NCBI GenBank assembly: GCA_965645245.1
Contig: OZ287077.1
Span: 1,364,001 to 1,428,000 of the forward strand
DNA: 64,000 bases
Reading direction: 5' to 3'
Origin: Massalongia carnosa
Lineage: Eukaryota
Shown here piece by piece: positions 24,357 to 37,800 of this stretch. The notes under the pieces are model-generated. The model had not been told where the DNA came from, searched no databases, and saw nothing but the letters and a program-made list of their open reading frames with translations. The translations under genes and the position numbers were made by a program. How positions within the stretch are numbered: the first letter of the stretch is position 1; the number at the start of each line of letters is the position of its first letter.

Positions 24357-26837
24357 TTAAAGCATGGTTGCGTTGCCTAGGTTATGTTCCTGTGGACCCA
24401 TGCAGTAAGTTTGGGTAACCTTGTCACTTACAATAAAAATTTAGGCTTACCTTGAAATATTCTGAACCTTTCTCATAGTACTCCTCCCTTGTCACTCTAC
24501 AGTTTAGATATGATCGTTCTCTCGACCATTCGGCTGCGCCTTTCCAAGCATCGAGTAACGGATTGGTCGCCTTACGTATTCCCAGCAAGGTATTGGTGGG
24601 TAAGACAGCTCGGAGTTCCTTTGTGAGACGATCTTCAAAGCCGGCGAACAAGGTGTTTCCTCCGGTCAGAAAAACATCTTTCAGGGTGTTTTTACGATCT
24701 TGAACCTTGGCTAGTCCTTGATTTACGATGTCGGCAGCAATTTCTACTATACCAGCCTGATCTAAACCTGCGATGGCAGGTTGAAAGATAACCTCAGGCA
24801 CTCGTATTCGTTCCACATTGAGATGTATCTGATGTATTTCTTGCTGATTCTCCATATTGAAAGGCCGAGGACCCCGCAAAAAGGCATGAATCAGACTTTT
24901 GGTCCAGTCCGACTGAGCCTCCATAGTATTGTTCTCATTGAACCGGGGATCATATTTCAGAAGCTGCGCTTCTATATTTTTCAAGCCTGCGCCAAGATCT
25001 TCCTCCTCTTCGTCTTCACTCTGTTCTCCAGTTGCTACAGTTCGATAGACTCCCCAATCATCATCATTAGCGCCAAAGTTATCATCATCGCCACCACGTC
25101 TCCGTTTACGTCCCGGCGCGTCGGACGCTAGGTTTGCTAAAGTCTTCATTCTCATTTGACTCGCAAGAGATTTGCGATTTCCAAGGTCTGCTTTGAGTCT
25201 GCTCCGATCTTTCATCTTCTGAATTAAGGCCTGCATCTTGGGCGTCAGCGGAATAATATTGGTGAAATCGATACTTCCGACATACCAGCCTTGCAGTTCT
25301 TCTCTCCTCAAGCCACCCTTCGATGTCATGTTCCCGACGCTCATTATCAACTCGTTCTTCTTCTACAACACGAGCCTTCTGCTGCTCCTTTTCTAGTTTG
25401 GCTCTTGCTCGAGCGTCCACATTCGCCTTCATCAATCGCTGATGTCTTTTTTGCTTCAACCCTGATTCATCCAAATCTTCGTCAGGCACATCGAGCAGCG
25501 GAAATGTTGCTTCCTCTTCTTCCTCAACATTTTCCGATCCACCAACATCTTTATTTCTTGCTTTACGCACAGACTTATCGAGGTCTTTGATGACCTTGTC
25601 CAATTGTGTCTCGTCCTTGAACTCATCCTCGTCTAAAAGACGCTTCACTTCCTTCTTTGTTTGATTACCAAGCCTTTGCTGAAGCTGCTTGTAGTATTCG
25701 AGTTCCTCTTCTTTTCGGATCAGTTTCTCTAATCTCATTTTTGCGGCTTGTTCTTGTAGTCTTCGACCTCCTTCTCGCTTCCGTTCCGCAATCCTAGCGA
25801 GCTCCTCTTCGCTCTTTTCAATGATAATATGTTCTGTAAATGGATACTGCATAACATGGTCTCTGTCCTCTAAGCCACTCCAATCCAAGAACATTTTTAT
25901 TTCTGTGTCATAATCTTTCGCCACATAGCAGTGTTCTCGAACCATATGTTCAGCCTGAGTGTCCGTAATTTTTCCTGGAAACGTGGGGTATTTTAACTTG
26001 AGTAATTTGTGTAAATACTCGGCGCTTTGGAAGCCACCCCAGTTTAACCGTGTAACGCTTGTCATGATAGCCTTGGAATTCAAGATTGGGATCACATGGG
26101 TAGAGGTATGCGAGGAAGAGATAATCAAACCCGTACTTCCGTTGTTATGCTTGTACGAGAAAAGCGAGTCGATGCCGTAAGCCAATGATGTAGCAGAGTA
26201 GCACTCAAATAAAAGCTCGGTCATCGCTATAGAAAGGTTAGCAGCGCTTCGACAGAGAGACAGATATCCAACTTTTCCGCGAATATCCCAAGTTGGCCAA
26301 GGGCTCCGTCATGAGAACTGGTCTATCAATTCCTCCATTCGCTCCGTCGATACCAAGGTTGACGAAGGTGGAGTCAAGGACACCTTCCATTACATCCCAA
26401 TTGCCAACTATACTGCTTCCCGGCTCAAAAGCATTCCGTATCTGGCCCCGGGTTGTTGCGTCTGCGTAAGCATCATATCCCACGTAAGAGCATGTTCTAT
26501 TGAGCTTTCGATCTCTATACCGAGCCACATTGGCGGGAAATGAGACTCGAGGTTCTGTATCAAAGGACCACCCCGCTCGAAGTAGGCTTGCACCTGGGGA
26601 CTAGGAGTCAGACACGTCTCATATAGCCCACGGAGGTATGAAACTTATACCATTGTCAATCACTATCGCAGTCTCGCTGGAGCTCTGGTCAAAACCGTCA
26701 GATGGAGGTGGCTGGTGTCCCTTAAAAGGAGGCTCTGTAGCATGCCATAATTTCCCAGGGGATATTGGAGCAACGACGTCCTGGGTGGGTTGTGACCTTG
26801 AAAGAGAGTCCACATAATGGGAATATGTGATGGTCAT
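24357..26837 (-). CDS. ARP5: Actin-related protein 5 (INO80 complex), multi-exon
   Basis: AIVIDNG, MTEPLANL, ELLFECY, long charged insertion, HLNVERIRVPE, FLTGG, EYYEKGSEYFK|EHNLGN. Confidence 0.92.
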
Positions 26838-28148
26838 GTTTGAGGTTATAGTTGATTTTTTGAATCGTTAGATTTGAATCGTTAGATAACTTTGTGGCGC
26901 TAAGGGCTTTCATGATAAGTGCCACTACAGCGAGGATCTGTTGGCTTTATGTAGCGTTATTGTGATTAGATGACTGGCTCCGTGGAAGATGCAAGGGATG
27001 GACTCATATTCCAAACGAAATCTATGATAATTGACGAAGTGCATATTGCATTACTCAAAAACAGAAGAGTGCGATTACCAGTTCAAGTTTTGGAGGTGTA
27101 TATCTCTACGGAGTACATACATGTTATGTGATATAAAATCCTCCAACCTCCTAGGGCATCGCGACACTAAACCTCCAATATACGACCAATAATAAAGCTA
27201 TCGTTGAAGTCTCATAATATGGTCCCATGATACTCCTTCAACGTTGATGAAGATATACAAGGTGTTCGACAAAACTACACAAGCATTGCTCCTCTCTATT
27301 GAATGGAAATTTAACTTCATCAACCCATAATTAAAAACAATTGCTGCTTTAGTAACGATTGCCATCCAGAACGGAATGCCATGTACCTTGGAGCTGACTT
27401 GATTTCTATACTCCGTAGGTAAATGCTTAGGAAGGATAGTGAAGATTTTCGGTAGCTAAAGACAAGGATGATTCAGTTGGCGTCCGCCTTGAATGTCTGA
27501 AAATGATGTAACAAGAACTGACCCTCAAGATGGAAGAGGACATTGGATCGATAATTCTTGAACATCTGCGCAACTAGCTCCACGTCCATATTCTGAATGT
27601 TGATCCTCTACTCCTTCCAACATTTGGTACCTGCATTAGTGCCATCTTAAGGAGCCGCAACCTTACAGTCAAATAGAGACACCAACCTGGAGGTTTTTGT
27701 TCAACGCCATAACGGCCTCGTTAAGTTTCTCCTGCGAATATCAATAAATAGTGTGAATGAATGAAAAAGGATGCTCCATACCACATTAGCCACTATGCGT
27801 GATAGGAGAAGACTTTGCTGATGCTCATGTGGACTCTCCTGAATAACGTTCAGCTCATGTAATAGCATCCATACAAAGAAGCAAACCATTATTTAAATCA
27901 TGGGAATACTTGTCTGTTGTTGTGTTCGATAAAGTATTGTTATTCGTTTTCCTTCTTTCAAATATCTACTCTGTATTACGTATAAATTACAATATACCTA
28001 CACTATAATTTGAAACAATTTAGTATACCTATTTCTTTACCTGTACAACCTTCTCTTAGCTTGGTTACTCATTTATCTGCCAGGGGGTACCCAACAACAT
28101 TGTTCCTCACCAGACTATTTTCCTAGACCTCCTTACTATACTTACATC

Positions 28149-28721
28149 ATGGCTCCTGCGACGCCTACGGCGGACGACTCTCATCAGCAGCTGCTTGACC
28201 AGCTCGACCTTACCCTTAAACAACGCCCTTTCCGCAACCCCCGTTGGAAACCATCACAGCGTCGCAACAAAAACATAAAACAGATTATAGCTGAGGCATC
28301 TAGGAAAGAAGCTTCTGTTTTGGCGACACAGAACAATAGCGGTTCTTCCACGCCACTACCGCAAGGCTCCACAGTTGTGACCGGTGCCGCTACCCCAGTC
28401 CCTGTTAACGGCGCTACCGTCCATTCCAATATAGCACAAGCAGCGCGAAACCTGTCATCCATGGTGCTAGAGCGAAACCTTCAGGCTTCAATATCTTCGG
28501 GTCCAGCAGCTACATATACCAACATTGAATCGGCACCGTCGCTCCATCCAGCGCACCAGAAACATTATTGTGACATAACTGGCTTGCCAGCTCCTTATAC
28601 CGACCCCAAGACTCGGCTTCGTTATCACAACAAAGAGGTCTTTGATGTAGCCCGAACTCTCTCTCAAGGCATGGTGGAGAATTATCTCGAAGCGCGCGGC
28701 GCCCACGTGGTGCTTAAGTGA
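28149..28721 (+). CDS. IES6: INO80 subunit Ies6 (YL1 C-terminal domain)
   Basis: RPFRNP...RRNKNIKQI; YTNIESAPS; YCDITGLPAPYTDPKTRLRY; YLEARGAHVVLK. Confidence 0.92.
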   Translation: MAPATPTADDSHQQLLDQLDLTLKQRPFRNPRWKPSQRRNKNIKQIIAEASRKEASVLATQNNSGSSTPLPQGSTVVTGAATPVPVNGATVHSNIAQAARNLSSMVLERNLQASISSGPAATYTNIESAPSLHPAHQKHYCDITGLPAPYTDPKTRLRYHNKEVFDVARTLSQGMVENYLEARGAHVVLK

Positions 28722-29650
28722 ACCTAGAAACTAGGTTTTCTGAACAAGGGCCTCGTACATTTTGTGCTCTCTTAGAAAAGGTTATGCAATGCATAGGTTG
28801 AAAAATGCAGTACAATGTACTCAGCCTTGTTCAGGACCGCATCTATCAATACTTTGAATTGAGCCGTCTTGAGACCTAACGTTCAAATCCCCAATGATTG
28901 AACTTCGAAAATGTACGGCCACAGAAGTCAAACTCCCCCCACCCACCTTGTACCTTTCGGTACCAGGTTCAGGAAGGTGCTCCGGCTTAATCGTGACCTT
29001 TGCTGTTGTACGCCAATCTGACAAGTTACTGAAAGGACCCATGGAGAATTGGGGATCAGGCACAGCGTCAATTGAGCACTGCTTGTCATGGCACATTGAT
29101 GGCTGGGTTCCTGGAGCCAACTTCAATTTAGACATTTTGCTTTGATTTGATCAGTCCAAAAAGAGACCCAAGGTCGAGATCAAAGAGCCCAGATTCAATA
29201 GTTTGCTCTGGTATGTAAGTTGAGACTTTAGAGATGGTGTTGGAAGTGCAAGATACACTTCGAGTGTGTGAATAACATGTATTGAGACTATCAGGATTTC
29301 TGAATAACATCGAACCCCCCATCATGGTGACCTTATCACGGATCAGATACGGGATGTACTATGTAAAGTATTGGACAGTAGAGGATGGAATATGTTTGGC
29401 GTGACCGCATTAGACAGGGATACAATGCTCGTCAACCGACCGTACAATATTTCTATTATTATTATACTAATTTCACGTGATTGGATCATGTACATTCGAT
29501 CTAACCTTATACAGAGTAATTTCCAACGTGTCCACGCGATTGCGCAAGTCTGCAGAAGAAACTCTCTGTCTATTCTGTACAAAGCTCATCTACCTTGCCA
29601 CCAAACCCTTTTCGACTCTCAGAGCATCACCACCCACACGGCGACCCAAT

Positions 29651-30388
29651 ATGCCGACAATGTGGCTTTCGGATTTGCAGAGTACGCATAACCCCACCCC
29701 CAAAATCCGCAGCAGTTCAAATCTGTGACGACAAATCTAAATAGCTGCTAACTATTTGCCCTCGGTGGGATATTTTTTTTCAGAGATCGGGGTGGCCTTG
29801 TGTTCAGGTGGTGGGTATGATCATGATACGAGATCCGGAAGCATGTGTCAGGTTTCGTAATAAGTGGTTTTTCTAGGGGGGGTTTTCTTGATCGGAGGCG
29901 TCATTATGTTTTTTGATAGGTCTATGTGAGTTGTGATTTTTTTTCCGGTTGGAGTTTTCCCGCTTCATTTGTTTTACTCTTTTGACGTCACTGTTGCTCA
30001 TGAGATTTAGGTTGGCTATGGGCAATGTATACTCCCAACCTTTCTTGCATCCATTTGATGGTTCCGGTTCCTGAGATAGGATCGATGACAGATTCTGTTT
30101 CTCCTCGGGCTCACCCTTATCATCGGGGTTAAGAAAACCGCGCTGTTTTTCGCCAGGCGGCAGAAGCTAAAAGGCACGGCAGCGTTCGCGGCTGGAATAA
30201 TACTCATACTACTAAGATGGCCCTTGGTTGGGTTTCTGGTGGAGCTTTATGGAATATTTGTGCTGTTTGGCGACTTCTTCGCCACTGTTGTCTCGTTCGC
30301 TGGCAATATTCCTGTGGTAGGCCCATATCTCCAGCAAATTTTAAACAAAGCATGGAGCGGCCGAAGGAATGCAGATTTGCCTGTATAG
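29651..30388 (+). CDS. GOT1: Got1/Sft2-family Golgi transport membrane protein (multi-exon, absent from the ORF track)
   Basis: Spliced MPTMWLSDLQ|KIGVA..., GVIMFFDR, LAMGN|ILFLLGLTLIIG...RRQKLKGT...ELYGIFVLFGDF...NIPVVGPY...NADLPV*. Confidence 0.88.
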
Positions 30389-30699
30389 GAGACCCAAAGA
30401 GGGGGCAGACACAGGGCACATGATTACATATCAAGGAAAGGCGCAGGGGGTTTAGCCTCTGGATCTGCGCTGAATCCTCCCACTTTGGCGGTGTTCCTGG
30501 AAGAAGACACCACATCACGTGCAGACCATTGGGACGCAGTACGCTTCTAGGTCGCGTCATGGGGGACAAGCAAAAAACAAGGTTGGCAGCGAGATTGTGT
30601 CGAATTCGCCCGGTCTATGTATCAATTTCCTCCTCCAAGAGGTACCTATTCAGATACAGTATAAAATCGGAAACGTGTTAGACTTCCATATTCAAATAC

Positions 30700-31406
30700 T
30701 CAATAGCCAACACTGATGAAATAATCGCCAAGCTTCTCCACGGTTTGCGCCGCCGATCCTGGTTGCACATTTTCCGGATAGTGCGCAACGAGAATCGACT
30801 GGCTTGTTTTGACGACGATTACGCCTTCCTTTCCCTGCGAAATCGTTAGAACTGCTCATCACTGGCAAGAGCACTCATAAAATACCTTCTTTCCGTATAG
30901 ACTTCGATCCTCAGCTTTTATTGTGAAATAGCGGGCCCCTGCGATGTAGAAACCAGATATTTGAACCTTCTTTGGGTCGCCTTTGTCTGCGTAAGACTTG
31001 ACGACCTCTTGTATCTCATTCGGTGAGACCTGGGCCTGATTATCAGCCTGACCAGCATCAAGGACAACGGCTGCTTTTCAGTTCCAAAGTTATAATCAGG
31101 AGTTCCGTAACTCGATTGGTGGAAGAAGTGAATCAACCCCTGAAACTCAAGGGTGGAAAGCATTCATACCGCAAAGCCAGTAGAAGCGGCCCAGACGCTG
31201 GTGCCCTCAACGTTGAAGATTGCGGCAGCGTCAATATCACCGGTACCGATTAGGCTATGTTTGTACGTTAGGCTTCATCGACGATGCGTTGAATGATGAC
31301 ATGCAAGTACCTCGTATCGACATACGCTGAGCACCGCTGTTTAGCAGGCGGGAGGGGCACAAGCAAAGAAGTTGGGGCGAAAAGGTCACATACCTTGCCA
31401 CGACAT
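30700..31406 (-). CDS. PFY1: Profilin (5 exons, absent from the ORF track)
   Basis: Spliced [23 protein letters not shown]...SVWAAS...|...[42 protein letters not shown]...[13 protein letters not shown]. Confidence 0.93.
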
Positions 31407-32532
31407 CGCAGGTAGGTCAGCAGTAGGGCAGATCACTGAGAAGGTATCGATGTACGGAAAGAAAGTCTTATGCTCAGCAGTTACTCTGTAGATGTGTGAG
31501 AGTTGTTGTCGAGGAGTTGCGGACAATTTGTGGTGGCATAGGCATAACTAAGCCACGCTGGCGGGGTCACGATGAAACCGTTGAATATTACATACACAGT
31601 ACAATACAACCGAGTCAGTACTCTGTACATGATTATTAGCTAGTTATTCTTCGCCTGGCGCAATTGCCCCACTATGCGTCCGCCACATTGTGCCATAACA
31701 CGTGCCTAGTCCTCTGATGTGCAGAGAAGTACGGAGTCACGTTACAAAGGTACATATCTTGAAATTCAATGATGGCTTACTGACTACAGAAGCAGAAGGT
31801 ACTTGCACATAATGATGGAAAACAAAAATTCAGGGGCATTTGTGGGATTTCTGAGTACAGAGTACTTAGACTGTAGCATATACCAAGTGCTCACACGTAC
31901 CTTCTATCGTCACCTATGTGAATAGTTGATGTAAATCGACAGGTGTAAGTTGACAGGTGTAAGTCGACAGGTGTGTCGATCACGGAACCACGAAAGGATG
32001 TACAGAGTACGGTGTTTTCGTTATTCATCCTCGAAATATCTTGTCGTGCTGCTCATACCTGTTGCGTTTGACGTATCGTGTGTGTGTGTATGCCGTGTTA
32101 GCCGCACTGAATCCCCCCAAGTCGCGTTTCAGCATTTCGATCCTTGATCCTATCATCTCTGTGATGAGATGCCAATCCTACACCCAGCATCACCCCGCGT
32201 TCCCGTCGTAGTTAACATGAACTACAGGATCTCATCTTCCTTTGGCTCCGGTTCTTTCATGTTTGATTTTACACGTTCCTTATTGTCATACTGCCCAGCG
32301 CATACTTCCAATCTTTCGGGTTGCTTGGTGAGAATGGCAATGTTCTTTTGAGGTATTCCATCTATCCAGCTAGCGACCTTAGCCGTTTGAGGTGACGCCT
32401 ACGACTGATACCTGCCCAGTGGTGGTTTTCTTGAGTCAAGTTGATCTTGGTTTCTCTTTTCAGTTGCAATTTCTCAAGCGCTAGGACGAGGCTCAATGCT
32501 ACCTGCAATATTTGGTGGTCATTTCGATCGAT

Positions 32533-34363
32533 CATGCCAGGAGCTGGACTTATCGAACGAGCGAAGTCATTACGATTTAAGAGGACGGCCTCAAGACACA
32601 GTGATCGGGATGAAACTGCTACGGTAGGGTTTCTAGCACGCGGCGCAAATTCCTGCAGTAATGAACGCAAATATCGACACCGTCAAGAGCGTTCATCATC
32701 TCCAGAAGCTTCATTTGAACCGTCGCAGGATGGCAAAATAAAGGGTACCCTTATTTTTACCGACCAACGTCAACACGAGTGGGACCGACTTATTACGAGC
32801 TCTGTTGTGTCCAGTTCAACAGCGGAGACCCCAGGAGGCTTAAATATTGGGCTTGCCCTGGGCGCTCCCCATGAAAAGTCTTTGCCATGCCTGCCGCCTG
32901 AATATGTGACCCACAAAGTATCGAATGCACGAAACTCTATTGACAATCCCATACCTGTCCAACGACGCACTCATGGCCATCCTGTAGCGCAAAGGGGACG
33001 CAGCTGGAGGGCTTTGGTTAAATTATTCAACAAGAACTGCCCATCTTCCGCTGAGCTGGTATTTCCCGTGTATTGGCATAGATACAGTGCTCCTGAAGAT
33101 CCGTCTTGCCAGTCCGGCTCGTTTCAAGGAAAGTCTCCAACGGAGACTTCGCCACCACAAAACCCGCAGCTTTCTTGTCATGATGACGGTGCATGCCCAA
33201 TTCGACCATCTCCAGCTACGGATCGAACGCCAGAGCCAACTCGGAGTCTAGGGTGGCCAGGGGAAGAAAGTATGCCACCAAAACAGCGTAACTGGCACAA
33301 CCCCCCCTTCCGAAAAAATTGTGGGAAGCAAGCAAGCAACCATGCCGTCAACAAGTCGCCGACCTGGCCTTTGGCTCACTCTGCTCAATATATCCCTGAG
33401 CCGCCGCTGCCAACAAGTCAAGATGCAAGTGATAGTACTTCACCAATGAAATTGCGTCAAAACTCTCTACTACAGGTGGAGATACCGCACATCGAGATGG
33501 AGCGTTACAGCATAATGTTCTCAACCTTGCTGCAACCAAGCCGCACTTTACCATTGCTAGCCAGACGACATGGTCATTTGGCAGAGATTAAATTGCCATA
33601 TCGGGAAGACAAGGAGGTAGGGCTCGTTGGTGTCCTCCAGCGTAAATAACGCTGACCATGGAAGTTTTCCCTGCAGAATCCAACAAGTTCGACGCTTGAT
33701 TCGCCTACACAGCCTGGTCAACGAATACCATCATTTACTCCATCATCTTTATCTCGATGCCCCAAATCGCCCCGCGCGTCGATTAGGAGTGCAACAACAA
33801 GCCTAGAAAACCAGCCCGATCCGTTCGCCCAACTCAATATTGGCCCTATCCCTCATTCGCCTCTTCATGTCAAGACAACGGTTACCAAGCCTCAGCAACA
33901 AAATCAAGTCACGGTCATCGTGCATAGTCCGGCTGAAGATGAGACAACCGGAGAGTACGCGCTCACGAGGGACCCCGAACCGGATGCGTTAGCCGACAAC
34001 CTTCTCCAAACTCCCGACTCGCTCGTCAGGAGAGCCTGGTCGGCTGGTTCGATAGAGTCGAACTCAGAAGGCCCGTCACCACCGTTAATGAGCCTACCCA
34101 GTAGCCGAGAGCCGTCTGCAAGAGACGGAGGCAGCACGCCGCAGCACGTCCCACAGCCTCGCGCATTCCTCACGGAACCCACCGCCCAGGACGCCGTGGA
34201 GATCTCCATCGCGCGGCAAGTTTCGGTCTCGAGGCGACAGCGGCAGATGCTCGTGCCGATTGTCCCTCGTCAGGTCCGTCCGCCGAAGCGGCCAAGGCTC
34301 GTGGCCGGAGAGCAAGAGGCAGAATCGCGGAAATCGAGTTATTTGACCGTGGAACATGTTTAA
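32533..34363 (+). CDS. Hypothetical Pro/Ser-rich protein (2 exons; start uncertain)
   Basis: Long ORFs joined by an intron at ~33617-33663; motif-like blocks LLQVEIPHIEMERYSIMF and EISIARQVSVSRRQ. Confidence 0.6.
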
Positions 34364-34846
34364 GCGAGGATCGTGGTGGGGGGTTCATGGTTTATGGTTC
34401 ATCCCCGAGATGAGGTTTGGGTGGTGGGGGGGCTGCTGGTCATACACACATCGGTCGGGGTTGCAAGCTGCTTTCTTTCCGCATTCCCTTCCTTCGGGAT
34501 CCAGGCACCGCGCTGGCCCGCGCGTTTTGTAGCATCATGTGTAAATATATCATACGTTTGAAAAGCATGGGACGAGCCTAACAGCCTCTCGATGTAAATT
34601 CTGTAAACACCCCCGAACTACGCTCCCCACGTCCTGATATGTACCGATAACACCCGATGCCGATATCGATGGGTGAACGGGGAACATTTCTCCTCATCTT
34701 CTACGTCATTTTTGAGCTCCACACGAAAAACTTCTGTATCACATATATCACGTATCCCGTTTTCTTCATCTCACAAGTCATTGAATGTAAAGGTGGCCAA
34801 AAACCGCGTAAGATCATATCATATGTACAACCCCTTCCAACCCCCA

Positions 34847-37800
34847 TCATGATTTGTCCTCCCCATGGTCATGGTCTACAACTGGCGGGCCTGGCGCCTC
34901 GATTGCCTCGGCCCTCCAAGTCATCCCGACGTAGGCATCGCTCACGACGAGCACCTCGACCCTCCTCCCGCCCCCGGTCGGCGCTAACCTGAACACAGTC
35001 CTGGAGGTGTGATGGCCTCCTGCCCTTCTGCCGCCGCCACCTTGGCTCCTCCCAGCCCCCGCCGCGGACTGCTGCCATCCGATGCGCCGCAAGGCCAGAA
35101 CTTCGTCCCTGGCCAGGTCGGCGACGACCACGAAGAAGCCTTCCGACTGGGGTTTGGGGAACTTGGGAGCCCATATGCGGTGGTCGGGCTGCGTTGCCGA
35201 GTTTAGGCGAGCGACGGACACAGTGAGGCCGAGCGTGCTCATGTTCGTGACGGTGACCTTGAGGTCGGGCAACGTGTCGGCAACTTTGTGGGCCTGTGCG
35301 TAGACATCACGAGGGAATCCAAGGCGCTGGTATAAATCGCTCAATGCGGTTCTGGAAAGGCCGGGTATGTCTGTGAGCGAGTGGGGAGATGAAGTCCCAA
35401 GCCCGACCCGCTGTCTTTCCTTCTCGACGTCCACGCCGGGGAAAATAGACATGGGTCCATCGTCCGGCCAGCGAGCCGATTTGATGCATTGGAGCAGGGT
35501 CATCATCATGGTGCAGCTGGAGAGATAGCCTAGCTCGGTGAGAATGTCAATGGAGGCTTGGATGATGCGGATGCTTTGGTCCAGTACCGAGTTTTGGTCG
35601 CCAACGTAATCCGTGATGGGAAGATCGATGCGCGACATGTACGCTTGCAGCAGCAGGAACGCTTTAATGTGGGGATCCCACATCGGAAGGCCGAGTTTGT
35701 CGGCGCTTATGGGCAGATTTTTAGACAGTTCTGAGTTGATGAGGTCCTCATTGTGTCGGACGGGAAGCTCGTCGAATTCAGTGGCGCTGCACATCCACGA
35801 TAGGACGTCTTCGAAGCTTGCGTTTCGCTTGGCGTGCTTGATCAAATGGCGAATAGTCTTATGCGATAGATAGTAATAACTCATTATCTTTCCGAACGGT
35901 GTAGAGTCGATATCTCCATTCGAGTGAAATGTAATGCAACTAGATTGGGCCAACTCTCCCAGTGACCTGTCTACGATTTCAATCATATACTCATTAGCGA
36001 GCGCTTGCGCGGCAACCGTGTTGTGCTCTTCCGCTGATATCTCGAGGCCGTAGTAGGAAGGGTTCTTGTGGAGCCGCCGGAAGAAGAATGTCCAAGTTAG
36101 ATAATCAAGGGCGTCTTGCTTAGTACCAATAGTCTTTGCTGAAACCTCCGCTCCCAAGTGATTATCAAGGACGTTATGTAATGAAGATTCTACCGGAAAC
36201 CCCGTATGTAGAAAGTGCTTGTAAAATGCCTTCTTGGAATCTTGGGTGAATATACGAGCAATGCCTGAAGAGTCAAACTGGGGTCGTCCAGCTCGGCCTA
36301 ACATCTGCAACACGTCTGTCAAATCCATATCTTTGTATCCTTCGATCTTCGCATCAAAGTATTGTGTGCCTTTGACGACAACCAAGTGTGCCGGTAAATT
36401 CACACCCCATGCGAGTGTACTCGTGGCAACTAGTACCTGGATCTTGTTATTCGCAAAGAGCTCCTCTGCGAGCTGTCTATCACTTTCCACGAGGCCGGCA
36501 TGATGAAGTCCAATGCCGAAGCTCAATGCTTCTCGGAGGGATTCATCCTTTACTCTAGAGAGATGCAGCTGTAGATCGTCCTCCGACATGCGTACGAAGC
36601 GGCGAGGATTGTCTTCCATGCCGCAATAGTTGATCAAATCCTTCGCCGTTAAACGAGTTTGTCTTCGGGAAGCAACAAATACAATGACCGGCTTCTCAGG
36701 CGAGTGAGTCTTAATAGCTAAGAACGTCGGACGGTTCATCGACTGCATCAACGGGCAGAATCCTCGCTGTTCGGGAAAGCCATCTATAAAGATTTGTAAA
36801 GGTACCGGACGAACTGAGTGGCGAAAATTGAACAAACCCTCTTTCACACCAAGCCAATTGCCCAAATCCGTAGCGTTGGCGCAAGCCGTTGACATTCCTA
36901 CTAGTCTTACTGAGCCCTCCGTCTGTGAAGCAATATAATTCATCCGAGATACTATAATCTCTAGAATAGGTCCTCGATCTCCACCAAGAAGGTGAATCTC
37001 GTCGATGATAACCAGACTGACCTGTCGAACATAGCTTCGGGTTTGCCAACTTCGGCTTATACCATCCCATTTTTCTGGGGTGGTAATAATGATGTCGGCA
37101 TCCCTGATCGTATGTGTATCTGGCGTGTTATCTCCTGTCAACTCGACGAGCTTGAGTCCCATTTGCCGTGTGAGCCGCTTACGCCAGTCTTGTACTCGCT
37201 CCCGCACAAGCGCTTTCATGGGGGCAATATACACAACCTTTGAGCCTGGCTTTTCCCGAAAAGCCCACCACATTGCAAGCTCCGCCGCAACGGTTTTGCC
37301 GCTTCCAGTTGGTGAGCCCAGTAGCACGTTCGCCGGGGTATGATATAGTGTGTGGAAGATCTGAGTCTGCATAGGATTGAAAAATTGAAATCTTTGGGCG
37401 TAGATATCCACGAGTAATGGGTTCTTGAGAGCAGCGATAGGCAGTGGCTGGAGATCAAGCAAGTCGGTATACACACTCTCTGTGTCCGGTCTAATAAGGT
37501 GCTGAAACGATATTGGTGTTACAGTCTCAGCACCTAGCCATCGGTCTGAAATAGCCCGAACGTATATCTGAGTTGGCAAAGGGACTGATAGAGGAATTGT
37601 GAAATTAAGTTCGTGATCATCATAAAGCCTTTTTTTCGTCAAAATGAAGTATTCCTGATGGTAAATTTCAGAGGTCTCGGAGTTTTCCACCCAAATCCAA
37701 TAGGATTCAGAGGTCCCATTATGCTTATCGTTCCAGCGAAAATCAGCAGTAAGGTATAAATGAATCCGGAGAACATCTCGGTTCAGGGGAGCAATCTCCG

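Noticed and set aside
28821..29325. Short ORFs between IES6 and GOT1
   Set aside because: No recognisable domain or consistent splice model; a small gene cannot be fully excluded.
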